A stretch of DNA of 64,000 nucleotides, from the NCBI GenBank assembly GCA_035297125.1, contig DATGZQ010000068.1:17095-81094 (forward strand). The letters are read 5' to 3'. Origin of the DNA: Thermoplasmata archaeon (GTDB taxonomy: Archaea > Thermoplasmatota > Thermoplasmata > Lutacidiplasmatales > UBA184). How positions within the stretch are numbered: the first letter of the stretch is position 1; each line of letters starts with the position of its first letter. Below, one piece after another: positions 1 to 8,513 of this stretch. Made by a program: the position numbers and the translations under genes. The notes beneath the pieces are model-generated. The model made no database searches and was not told the DNA's origin. It saw only the letters and a program-made list of their open reading frames with translations.

Positions 1-1
1 C

Positions 2-1672
2 GAATATCCCGAGCTCGCCACGAGCATGGGTCTTCCCGGACTGAACGACCGGTGGACGGACGATTCCCAAGCGGGGATCGAGCGACGCCGACGCCATCTG
101 GCGGACAGTCGCTCAAGGCTGCAGCGATTCGACCGGGCCACCGTCGCCACGGAGGACCGGCTCACCTACGACATGTACCGCGGGCTCCTCGATACCGCGG
201 ACGCCGGGCTGCGGTTCGGCCACGACCCGCTTCCGTTCTGCTTCGGCTCCCCGCGCAATCTCTGGATGCCGCTCCACCAGCTCGAGGGGATCCACATCCT
301 TGCATCGGACATGGCCGAGCTCCAGCCTCGGGCCTGTTCCTCCGATTACGGAGACCTCCTCGTCCGCCTCCGGACGCTGCCCGATGCGATTGAGCAGAAC
401 CGCGTGCTCCTCGAGAAGGGTCTGGCCGGCGGGTACAGCCCTCCCCGGGTCGCGATGGTCGGCGTGCCCGACCAGATCACGAACCTCACGCCGGCGGATC
501 CGTTCGCGAGCCCCCTGCTCAAGCCGTTCTCGGATTTCCCGGCGGCCATCGGCGAGTCCGAGCGATCGCGACTGCGCGCCGAAGCGAGAACTCTCTTCGT
601 CGACCGTGTCGCTCCCGCGCTGGGGGGGCTTCGCGGCTACCTCGAGTCCACGTACGTGCCGGCCTGTCGCGAGTCGATCGCGAGGGCCGCGCTCCCGAAC
701 GGCGCTGAGTCCTACGACTTCCTCGTGCAGTGGACGACCACCACGGACCTGACCCCCCGTCAGATCCACGAGATCGGCACGGCCGAAGTACAACGCATCC
801 GCGCCTCGCTCGAGGCGCTGATGGCCAAGACTGGGTTCAAGGGATCGTTCGCCGAGTTCAAGCGATTCCTGCGAGAGGACCCCCGGTTCTCCTGGACCAG
901 CGCCGAGGACCTCGTCGACGGCTACCGCATCATCGCGAAGAAGATCGACCCCACGCTCGGCCGGCTCTTCGGCCGCCTCCCCCGCCTTCCGTACGGTGTC
1001 GTCCCCGTCCCCCAGTTCCGGGAAGCGACGTCGCCGACGGCGTACTACCAGTCCGGGGCTCCGGCGACGGGGCGGGCGGGGAACTTCTTCGTGAACACGT
1101 TCCAAGTCGGCATCCGCCCCCGCTGGGAGATGGAGGCGCTGACGCTCCACGAGTCGGTCCCAGGCCATCACCTGCAGATCGCCGTCGCGCAGGAGCTCGA
1201 GCATCTTCCCGAGTTCCGCAAGGAGACCGGTCCCACCGCGTTCGCCGAGGGGTGGGGGCTCTACGCCGAGAGCCTAGGCGAGGAGCTCGGGTTCTACCAG
1301 GACCCGTACTCGAAGATCGGCCAGCTCACGTTCGACATGTGGCGCTCGATCCGACTCGTGGTGGACACGGGGATGCACGCTCTCGGATGGAGCCGCGACC
1401 GGGCGATCGAGTTCTTCCGGGAGAACACCGGGATGAGTGACGTGGGCATTCAGGTAGAGGTCGACCGCTACATCGTCTGGCCGGCCCAGGCCCTCGCGTA
1501 CAAGATCGGCCAGCTGAAGATCCGGGAGCTCCGCACGTACGCGGAAGGCCGCCTCGGCGGGCGGTTCGACGTCCGCGGCTTCCACGACGTGGTCCTCGGG
1601 GAAGGAGCGCTGCCGCTCCGGGACCTGGAGACGCGCGTGAAGGCCTGGGTCGAGGCGCGCGCGGCCGCTTGA
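2..1672 (+). CDS. DUF885-family metallopeptidase-like protein (5' end probably cut by the window edge)
   Basis: The frame stays open upstream of the ATG at 26 (in-frame EYPELATS). HESVPGHH motif and ~550 aa length fit my memory of DUF885. Confidence 0.7.
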   Translation, partial: EYPELATSMGLPGLNDRWTDDSQAGIERRRRHLADSRSRLQRFDRATVATEDRLTYDMYRGLLDTADAGLRFGHDPLPFCFGSPRNLWMPLHQLEGIHILASDMAELQPRACSSDYGDLLVRLRTLPDAIEQNRVLLEKGLAGGYSPPRVAMVGVPDQITNLTPADPFASPLLKPFSDFPAAIGESERSRLRAEARTLFVDRVAPALGGLRGYLESTYVPACRESIARAALPNGAESYDFLVQWTTTTDLTPRQIHEIGTAEVQRIRASLEALMAKTGFKGSFAEFKRFLREDPRFSWTSAEDLVDGYRIIAKKIDPTLGRLFGRLPRLPYGVVPVPQFREATSPTAYYQSGAPATGRAGNFFVNTFQVGIRPRWEMEALTLHESVPGHHLQIAVAQELEHLPEFRKETGPTAFAEGWGLYAESLGEELGFYQDPYSKIGQLTFDMWRSIRLVVDTGMHALGWSRDRAIEFFRENTGMSDVGIQVEVDRYIVWPAQALAYKIGQLKIRELRTYAEGRLGGRFDVRGFHDVVLGEGALPLRDLETRVKAWVEARAAA

Positions 1673-1730
1673 GGGCCCTTCGAGCCGGACTTACCCGCGA
1701 CTCGTCTCGCGGACGCCCCGCGACGCGCGT

Positions 1731-2279
1731 CTAGCGGAGGAGTCCTGCGCCCTGGAGCTCCTTCGTCAGCTTCCGGACCGCGACTTCGATGTCCGAGGGG
1801 CGGTGGGCTCCGGTGCAGACCAGCTTGCCGCTGCCGAAGAGGAGGACGACCACGTGCGGGTCTTCGATGCGGCAGACGAGACCAGGGAACTGCTCGGGCT
1901 CGTACTCGACCCGGTCGAGACCGAGCGTGATGGCGATCGCGTTCAGGTTGATCTCGCTCCCGAGGTCCGAGCTCGCGACGATGTTCTGGACCTGGATCTG
2001 GGGATGCGCGAGGACCCGCTGGCCACCCTTGCGGATCTCTCCCGAGACCACTCGTATCGAGTCCTCGACCTGCTTGCGGCTCTTCCCGCCGGTGCAGACG
2101 ACCTTACCCGAGTGGAAAAGGAGTATCGCGGTCTTGGGTTCCTTCAACCGGTAGATGAGCCCGGGGAACTGGTCGGGCTCGTACTCCGCTCCGTCGAGAC
2201 GGAGTGCAATCGACTGCAGGTCAAGCTCGTTGGCGAGCGACGTGGAGGCGACCACGTTCTCGATCCGAATCTTCAGCAT
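1731..2279 (-). CDS. tbp: TATA-box binding protein
   Basis: 182 aa with two direct repeats: IENVVASTSL...EYEPDQFPGLIYRL and VQNIVASSDL...EYEPEQFPGLVCRI. This is the classic archaeal TBP pattern. Confidence 0.95.
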   Translation of the reverse strand: MLKIRIENVVASTSLANELDLQSIALRLDGAEYEPDQFPGLIYRLKEPKTAILLFHSGKVVCTGGKSRKQVEDSIRVVSGEIRKGGQRVLAHPQIQVQNIVASSDLGSEINLNAIAITLGLDRVEYEPEQFPGLVCRIEDPHVVVLLFGSGKLVCTGAHRPSDIEVAVRKLTKELQGAGLLR

Positions 2280-2452
2280 GGTCCGGACCCTAAGGGCCTT
2301 AAAGAGGCACTTAAAGGGTCGCCAACCAGCCCCGGAGAGGTCTAGACCCCCGGATATCCGTCATCCGGCCCCGAATCGGGCCCGACGCGGCCCGCGTCTC
2401 TGACGTCCCGCGAGGTGCCGGAGCGGGAGGCGCTCCAGAGCCTCTACTCTCG

Positions 2453-2460
2453 CTTAAATA
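2453..2460 (+). promoter_or_regulatory. TATA-like box (cttaaata) upstream of the thermosome gene
   Basis: AT-rich octamer in GC-rich DNA about 55 nt upstream of the ATG at 2514. A second box, tttaagg on the opposite strand at ~2296-2310, lies about 25 nt upstream of the tbp start. Confidence 0.4.
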
Positions 2461-2513
2461 CGACCGCTTTCTTATCGAACTCGGATTCTTAGAGGAATCG
2501 CCGGAGAAAAATC

Positions 2514-4178
2514 ATGATGATGACGGGACAGACGCCGATCCTGGTGCTGCGAGAAGGGACGAAGCGCGAGAAGGGACGCGGAGCGCTCGCGAACAACATC
2601 GCGGCCGCGAAGGCGATCGCCGACTCGGTCCGGTCGACCCTCGGCCCGCGCGGCCTCGACAAGATGCTGGTCGATTCGATGGGCGACGTGGTCGTCACGA
2701 ACGACGGCGTCACGATCCTCAAGGAGATGGACGTCGAGCACCCGGCCGCGAAGATGCTGGTCGAGGTCGCGAAGACGGTCGATCAGGAAGCCGGCGACGG
2801 GACCACCACGGCCGTGATCCTCGCGGGCGAGCTCCTGAAGCGCGCCGAGGCCCTCGTCGAGCAGAACGTCCACCCGACCATCATCGGTCAGGGCTACCGA
2901 CTCGCCTCGAAGAAGGCGCTCGAGATCCTGGACCGGTCGAGTCAGCCGGTCGCGGTCACCGACACGGAGACGTTGAAGCGCATCGCGAGTACGTCGATGG
3001 GCTCGAAGTCGGTCTCGTTCAACCGGGACATCCTCGCGGAGATCGCCGTCAAGGCGGTGTCCGACGTCGCGGAGAAGAAGGGCACGGGGTACCGGGCCGA
3101 CCTCGACGACATCCAGCTGATCAAGAAGCAGGGCGGCCAGATGTCCGACACCTCGCTCATCGAGGGCGTCATCATCGACAAGGAGAAGGTCCATTCGGGG
3201 ATGCCGACGCGGGTCGAGAACCCGAAGATCGCGCTCCTGGACGCCGCGCTCGAGATCAAGAAGACCGAGATCGACGCGAAGATCGAGATCCACGAACCGA
3301 GCCAGCTGAACGCCTTCCTCCAGGAGGAGGAGAACATGCTCCGTCGGATGGTCGAGCAGGTGAAGAAATCCGGGGCGAACGTCCTGATCTGCCAGAAGGG
3401 GATCGACGACCTCGCCCAGCACTTCCTCGCCAAGGACGGGATCTATGCCGTCCGGCGTGCGAAGAAGTCGGACATGGAGAAGCTCGCGAAAGCGACCGGG
3501 GCGAACATCGTCTCGAAGGTCAGCGAGCTCCTGCCCGAGGACGTCGGCGTCGCGGGCCTGGTCGAGGAGCGCAAGATCGGCGATGACGCGCTCACGTTCG
3601 TGACCGGCTGCAAGAAGGCGAAGGCGGTCTCCATCCTGATCCGTGGCGGAACCGAGCACGTGATCGACGAGATCGAGCGGTCGCTGGACGACGCGCTCAA
3701 CGTGGTTCGGGTCGCCGTCGAGGACGGCAAGTACGTCTACGGCGGGGGTGCGGCGGCGGAAGAGATCGCGATGCAGCTCCGCGACGAGGCGGCGAAGGTC
3801 GGGGGCCGGGAGCAGCTCGCGTACGAGAGCTTCTCGGAGGCGCTCGAGACCATCCCGCGGACGCTGGCGGAGAACGCGGGCCTCGACCCGATCGACATCC
3901 TGATCGAGTTGCGCAAGGCCCACAAGGACGGCCGCAAGAGCGCGGGCGTCAACGTGTTCTCGGGCAAGATCGACGACATGGCCAAGCTCTACGTGATCGA
4001 GCCGATCCGTGTGGGTCGGCAGGCGATCGAGAGCGCGACGGACGTGGCCGTCATGATCCTGCGCATCGACGACGTCATCGCATCGAAGTCGGGTCCGCCT
4101 CCCTCGGGAGGGCCGGGCGGCGGCGGCGGTGGGATGGGCGGCATGGGTGGCATGGGCGGCGAGTTCGGCGACGAGTAA
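2514..4178 (+). CDS. ths: Thermosome subunit (group II chaperonin)
   Basis: [31 protein letters not shown] and [18 protein letters not shown] motifs, with a C-terminal [11 protein letters not shown] tail. Confidence 0.95.
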   Translation: MMMTGQTPILVLREGTKREKGRGALANNIAAAKAIADSVRSTLGPRGLDKMLVDSMGDVVVTNDGVTILKEMDVEHPAAKMLVEVAKTVDQEAGDGTTTAVILAGELLKRAEALVEQNVHPTIIGQGYRLASKKALEILDRSSQPVAVTDTETLKRIASTSMGSKSVSFNRDILAEIAVKAVSDVAEKKGTGYRADLDDIQLIKKQGGQMSDTSLIEGVIIDKEKVHSGMPTRVENPKIALLDAALEIKKTEIDAKIEIHEPSQLNAFLQEEENMLRRMVEQVKKSGANVLICQKGIDDLAQHFLAKDGIYAVRRAKKSDMEKLAKATGANIVSKVSELLPEDVGVAGLVEERKIGDDALTFVTGCKKAKAVSILIRGGTEHVIDEIERSLDDALNVVRVAVEDGKYVYGGGAAAEEIAMQLRDEAAKVGGREQLAYESFSEALETIPRTLAENAGLDPIDILIELRKAHKDGRKSAGVNVFSGKIDDMAKLYVIEPIRVGRQAIESATDVAVMILRIDDVIASKSGPPPSGGPGGGGGGMGGMGGMGGEFGDE

Positions 4179-4216
4179 CGTCGAACCGGCCCCTAGCCCG
4201 AACCCCTTCCTTCGGC

Positions 4217-4235
4217 CCCCCGGAACTACCGGGGG
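4217..4235 (+). terminator. Perfect 7-bp GC hairpin (cccccgg aacta ccggggg) downstream of the thermosome stop
   Basis: Read directly from the sequence. There is no adjacent oligo-T tract, so a terminator role is uncertain. Confidence 0.25.
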
Positions 4236-4285
4236 CTTCGACCGCCTAGCGTGCTCGGCCGCAACCCTGTCCGGTTTCGCGGCGG

Positions 4286-4361
4286 TGGTGGGCGCGGCCA
4301 GATTCGAACTGGCGATCTTCACCGTGTCAGGGTGACGTCATAACCACTAGACTACGCGCCC
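4286..4361 (-). tRNA. tRNA-Val (anticodon GAC), CCA encoded in the genome
   Basis: The reverse complement folds by hand into a cloverleaf. Acceptor GGGCGCG/CGCGCCC, anticodon stem TCACC/GGTGA with loop CTGACAC, T arm GCCAG-TTCGAAT-CTGGC, discriminator A plus CCA. Confidence 0.9.
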
Positions 4362-4418
4362 AGTGAGGGCGGCCACCGTCGCCCCGTTCTTATGGGTGTC
4401 GGAGGAAGGCGCACGCCG

Positions 4419-5963
4419 TCAGCCGTACCCGCCCGGGTACTGGCCCGGATCCAGGTTCTGGTTCCAGTGGTAGTAGCCCGTCGTCTGGCGCTGGGCCTCC
4501 GTCGACTCCTGGCGCAGACCTCCCTGGAACGACCCGTAGACGTCCCGGATCTGCTCCTCGATCGAGCGGGCCCGCTCCAGCGCCCGGCGAACGTGGCTCC
4601 CCTCCAGGTACTCGCTCCCGGAGACCGCCGCGAGGTCGCCGGCCGTCCGAATGAGACCCCCGAGCTCCCGCAGCCTCAGCGTGAGCGCGTGGCGCCGCCC
4701 GTCCAGCACCTCGGCGCGCCGGCGGGCCTCCTTGATCAGCTCCTGGACCGCATCGCGGGTCGCGGGCCGGATCCTCCCGTCCACCGCGATCTCCTGGGCG
4801 CAGAACTGGGCGAGCCGCAGGCAGTTCGCCTCGGAGTCGGGCATGGTCGTCTCGAGGAGGACCTCGTAGCCCGAACCGGCGATCCGCGACCGGAGCGGGG
4901 CGAGGATCTTGTGGAGGTCCTCGATGTTCGCGGCCGCGACCAGGATGAAGTCGCACGGAACGTTGTCGACCCGGACCGACGCGCCGCCGGACTGCGGGTT
5001 GCGGCCGGAGATCGGGAACCGTTTCTCCTGCATCGCCGTGAGGATGTGGCGCTGCAGGTAACCGAGGTGCGGAAGCTCGTCGATGAACAGGACCCCCTCG
5101 TTCGCCTCGTGGACCGCACCGGGGATCACGCGGTCGTACGGCAGAGTGCCCAGCTGGGGGTGGCCGCCGTACGGGTCGTGCCGAACGTCGCCCAGCAGCT
5201 CGGTCTCGCTCGCCCCCGTCGCCATGAGGAACGTGTTGCGGTCGAGCTTCACCAGGACCTTCCGCGGGCTCTCGCGCTGGATCGTGCGGCGGCGTTCGAG
5301 AGCGCTCTGGTCGAGGACCTTGATCTGATCGCCAGCCCGCTCGTACGCCACGACCTCCTCCACGCCGTTGCGGAGCCGGGTCGTCCGGACGGACTCCTGC
5401 GGGTTCCCGCCCGGACTGACCGTGAGCTCGAGGATCCCACCGACGAGGTCGCGGAACGGGTTCCCGCTCCCGGCGGCGCCGCCCGGTAGAACCTGCTTCA
5501 CGTTCCCGCAGCTCGGGCAGTACCGGTCGCTCGAGAGGGAGTAGAAGCTGCAACGAGGGCAGCGATACCCGAGCCGCTCCGCGACCGACGCCGGCGCCTC
5601 CGTGGGCGGGATCAGCTCCCCTTCGACGGAACGGGCGGCTTCGCGTTCGCGGTAAACCTCCTCCCGGGAGACCACCTCGATCGTTGGCCGCTCCGGGTTC
5701 TCGGGGTTGTGGACGACCCTAAGCTCCGTCCGTGGCCGGTCGAGGTGCAGGGCTAGGGCCTGGGCGGTCATCGACTTGCCGATGCCGGACGGTCCGACGA
5801 GGAGGAGGTGTCGTCGCTGGTAGGCGGCGATGCGGGCGATCTCGACGGCCTTCTCCTGGCCGATGACCCGCTCGAGGGGGTCTGAAGGGATGGGGATTTC
5901 GCGGGTGGTCTCGATCTCGTCCACGGCGGCCGGCAGCCGTCGCGTCCCGTCAGTCGCCGTCAC
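4419..5963 (-). CDS. LonB-like AAA+ ATPase with a zinc-ribbon insert and no protease domain
   Basis: Walker A GPSGIGKS and Walker B VLFIDEL. Lon-type block HDPYGG...RVIPGAVHEANEGVLFIDE. CPRCx13CPSC lies between the Walker motifs. The C-terminus is Q/G/Y-rich with no Ser-Lys protease module. Confidence 0.6.
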   Translation of the reverse strand: MTATDGTRRLPAAVDEIETTREIPIPSDPLERVIGQEKAVEIARIAAYQRRHLLLVGPSGIGKSMTAQALALHLDRPRTELRVVHNPENPERPTIEVVSREEVYREREAARSVEGELIPPTEAPASVAERLGYRCPRCSFYSLSSDRYCPSCGNVKQVLPGGAAGSGNPFRDLVGGILELTVSPGGNPQESVRTTRLRNGVEEVVAYERAGDQIKVLDQSALERRRTIQRESPRKVLVKLDRNTFLMATGASETELLGDVRHDPYGGHPQLGTLPYDRVIPGAVHEANEGVLFIDELPHLGYLQRHILTAMQEKRFPISGRNPQSGGASVRVDNVPCDFILVAAANIEDLHKILAPLRSRIAGSGYEVLLETTMPDSEANCLRLAQFCAQEIAVDGRIRPATRDAVQELIKEARRRAEVLDGRRHALTLRLRELGGLIRTAGDLAAVSGSEYLEGSHVRRALERARSIEEQIRDVYGSFQGGLRQESTEAQRQTTGYYHWNQNLDPGQYPGGYG

Positions 5964-6059
5964 GGTACAGGAACGGAAAGGGGGCTTCCCCCAGATAGGC
6001 TCGTCGCGAGCCCGCCCTCCCCCGCCCGGAGGCCGTGGGGAGGGTCGGGCTGCCCCCGT

Positions 6060-7394
6060 CTAGCGGGGGCCCGAAGGGTTGGCCAGGTCCGCCTTCGTGT
6101 AAACGCGCACCTGCTCCGGGAACTTTCCGATCGGGCCGAGACGCGTCCCGACCACGGTGCCGATCCCCTTCTCCTGGGCTACGTCAAGGAGCCGCTGGCT
6201 CACGATCCCGTCGAAGACGATCGCCTTTGCGGGGGCCGTGAGGTTCGCGACGGTCTCGATCATCTCCTTCACGGGGACCTCGCCCACGACCGCGTCGTCC
6301 TCGCCCACGAGGAGACACCGGGACGAGTTCTCGACCCCGTCGAGGAGCTCGAAGTAGCGGGCCAGCTCGGGCGGGAGCGGAGCGGGAGCCGCGGCGGGCG
6401 GCGGGGGCGGCGGTACGGGCCGCACCGGCATCGGTGCCCGCTCGCGGTCGTCCCTGCGGTCCGGCCCTCGGCCTCCGCCTCGCTCCTCCCTTCGGTCCGG
6501 GCGGCCGCCCGAGGAGCCCTCGCCTCTCTCCTCCCGCGGCTCGCGGGAGGCGCCGGTCGATTCGAACCCGCTCATCTCGAGGTACTGGTTGATCGGGAGC
6601 TTGTTGCGAAGGCACTTGAGGAGGGCCTTCTGCGTGAGCTCTTCCACTTCCGAGCCGCGCGGGGCCCGAGCGACGAAGTCGATGTCCATCGTTTGGAGCA
6701 TCTCGCGCAAGATCAGCTCGCCCGCGCGGTCGCCGTCGGTGAACACCGTGACGGTCTTGCCGCGCGAGAGGTCCTTCACCGTCTGCGGGACGCTCGTGCC
6801 CTCGACAGCGATGCAGTTCTTGATCCCGCAGCGGAGGAGGGTGAGGACATCCGACCGGCCTTCCACCACGATGAGCGCGTCGGCCTGGTCGATGTTCGGC
6901 CCCGCCGGCAGGTGTTCGGGCCCGTAGGCGGTGATCTCCTCCACCTGGACCGCCTTCCGGACGGCCTCCGTAAGGTCCATGCCGACCCCCTTCGACTCGT
7001 CCTGGAGCCGGGTGAGAATCGCCTTCGCGCGTTCGACGACCTTGAGGCGCTTCGAGATGCGTATGTCCTCGACGCTGATGACCTCGATCTTGGCCCGGCA
7101 GGGGCCGATCCGGTCGACGGTCTCGAGGCCGGAGGCGAGGATCGCGGTCTCGACCTGGTCTAGGGACGAGGGGATGATGATCTCACCCTCGGTCTTGCCC
7201 TTTCGGCTGTCGATCTCCACTTCGATGCGGCCGATCCGGCCGGACTTCTGCAGGTCGCGGAGGTCGAGTTCCTCTCCGAGCAGGCCTTCGGTCTGCCCGA
7301 ACACGGCGCCGACGACGTCAGGCTTGTCGATGACACCGTCTGCGGTGATTCGGGCGCGGATCTGGTACTTTGCGGCGTTAGGGTCGTTTGTCAT
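6060..7394 (-). CDS. dnaG: Archaeal DnaG-type primase (TOPRIM)
   Basis: N-terminus KYQIRARITADGVIDKPDVVGAVFGQTEGLLG. TOPRIM block ALIVVEGRSDV...VFTDGDRAG. Confidence 0.9.
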   Translation of the reverse strand: MTNDPNAAKYQIRARITADGVIDKPDVVGAVFGQTEGLLGEELDLRDLQKSGRIGRIEVEIDSRKGKTEGEIIIPSSLDQVETAILASGLETVDRIGPCRAKIEVISVEDIRISKRLKVVERAKAILTRLQDESKGVGMDLTEAVRKAVQVEEITAYGPEHLPAGPNIDQADALIVVEGRSDVLTLLRCGIKNCIAVEGTSVPQTVKDLSRGKTVTVFTDGDRAGELILREMLQTMDIDFVARAPRGSEVEELTQKALLKCLRNKLPINQYLEMSGFESTGASREPREERGEGSSGGRPDRREERGGGRGPDRRDDRERAPMPVRPVPPPPPPAAAPAPLPPELARYFELLDGVENSSRCLLVGEDDAVVGEVPVKEMIETVANLTAPAKAIVFDGIVSQRLLDVAQEKGIGTVVGTRLGPIGKFPEQVRVYTKADLANPSGPR

Positions 7395-7607
7395 GGGTTT
7401 CGTTTCCTCTCATCGGAATCCTCCCCACAGGGAGGTGACTCGGAGAGGACCGAACTAGGTGCGCCGAACGTTACCGGTGGGCTTGCGGATCCAGCGACAG
7501 AAGCAAGGGGCGAGCATGAGTCGTGATTCCGGTCCTACCGGTGACGGTCGGATTCAACCGAGTCCCGTCCCCGGAGTTTTGTTTCCGGCGTCGTTTAGCA
7601 GGGTCGG

Positions 7608-7616
7608 TTATTTAAG
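7608..7616. promoter_or_regulatory. Strong TATA-like box (ttatttaag) in the middle of the 340-bp dnaG/7733 spacer
   Basis: This is the most AT-rich element of the spacer. It reads as TATA-like on both strands, and the transcript it drives is unknown. Confidence 0.3.
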
Positions 7617-7692
7617 GCGAACGCCGACGGCGGATCGCGTCGCGGGCAGTGCCGCCCACCGGCGGCCGGAGGACCATTCGAACGAAACACGC

Positions 7693-7699
7693 TTTATAG
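7693..7699 (+). promoter_or_regulatory. TATA-like box (tttatag) upstream of the 7733 ORF
   Basis: It lies about 35 nt upstream of the ATG at 7733. Confidence 0.35.
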
Positions 7700-7732
7700 C
7701 GGGCCCCCTACGACGCATCGGAGCTTCCTCGC

Positions 7733-8407
7733 ATGGCGCGTCGTGTTTCTAGAAAGACGGCCCCGGTCCCCGAACCAGGTACCCCGGACCCCGAGCCGCC
7801 CCTCGCGGACGACGACTTCGTGTCGGGCCTGCGGCGCGAGCTCACGAGGACCCAGGCGGTCGCGGGCGCGAAGACCGGCGAGGACCTTACGCACCGCGGC
7901 GAGCTCAACCGCCGCCTTCTCCAGGACCTGTGGGAGGTCCACAACCAGTTCGAGGAGGTCAGCGTCCATCTGACGATCGACCCCTCGCAGACGCTGTTCG
8001 CCACGTTCGCCGAGTACCCCGTCAAGTGGACGTTCAAGGAGAACTTCGACTTCGGCGCGGTCAAGACGATCGAGCTCGCCGACCGCGCCCAGGGCTGGGG
8101 CGGGTTCATGCTCCGATTCTGGTACTACCGCACTCCCGAGGGAACCTCGCGGCTGCGTGGCATCTACGAGTGGTGCGACGGGGAGAGCTACCACCGCTAC
8201 TCGGGCTGGATGCGGATGATGAGCCAGGCCGTCCTCTACGACGCCGCCGAGGACGACGTGAGCGTCCGTGACCTCCACCACGTACTGAAGGACGTGGTCG
8301 TCCAGTGGTACTCGGCTCACCTCGAGCGCAGCCCCGAGGCGTTCGTCGCGCACCTCAAGGAAAAGTACCCGAAGGGTGCGTCCTACGCCAAGGAATCGTA
8401 CCGCTGA
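7733..8407 (+). CDS. Hypothetical protein (224 aa, soluble, Trp/Tyr-rich core)
   Basis: Protein-like composition, unlike the R/P/G shadow ORFs, with a TATA-like box upstream. I recognised no family. Confidence 0.6.
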   Translation: MARRVSRKTAPVPEPGTPDPEPPLADDDFVSGLRRELTRTQAVAGAKTGEDLTHRGELNRRLLQDLWEVHNQFEEVSVHLTIDPSQTLFATFAEYPVKWTFKENFDFGAVKTIELADRAQGWGGFMLRFWYYRTPEGTSRLRGIYEWCDGESYHRYSGWMRMMSQAVLYDAAEDDVSVRDLHHVLKDVVVQWYSAHLERSPEAFVAHLKEKYPKGASYAKESYR

Positions 8408-8461
8408 GCCGTCGCGGCGCCGCGCGAGCGGCGTCGACCCCCGTCGCGCGCCCGCGGGGTT

Positions 8462-8469
8462 GAAATAAG
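8462..8469 (+). promoter_or_regulatory. TATA-like box (gaaataag) upstream of the PolD small subunit gene
   Basis: It lies about 45 nt upstream of the GTG at 8514. AATAAG-type boxes also occur at 21151-21160 (minus strand) and 47984-47989. Confidence 0.3.
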
Positions 8470-8513
8470 CCGCCACGTCTTCGCCACGATACCCCGGCGC
8501 GCGGGGCTTTGCC

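Noticed and set aside
2472-4322. 616-aa ORF antisense to the thermosome gene
   Set aside because: It is a shadow ORF in GC-rich DNA. It has an R/D/L/G/P-dominated composition and no motifs, and it lies fully inside a clearly recognisable chaperonin gene on the other strand.
7395-7732. SRP RNA, RNase P RNA, tRNA or box C/D sRNA in the spacer
   Set aside because: I looked for the SRP helix-8 type CCGGAAGGGAGCA block, UGAUGA/CUGA boxes and a tRNA cloverleaf, and found none. It remains only a generic ncRNA/leader candidate.
7459-7752. 97-aa ORF filling the dnaG/7733 spacer
   Set aside because: It is R/G/S/P-rich, runs across both TATA-like boxes and into the next gene's start, and has no motif. 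I treat the region as non-coding.
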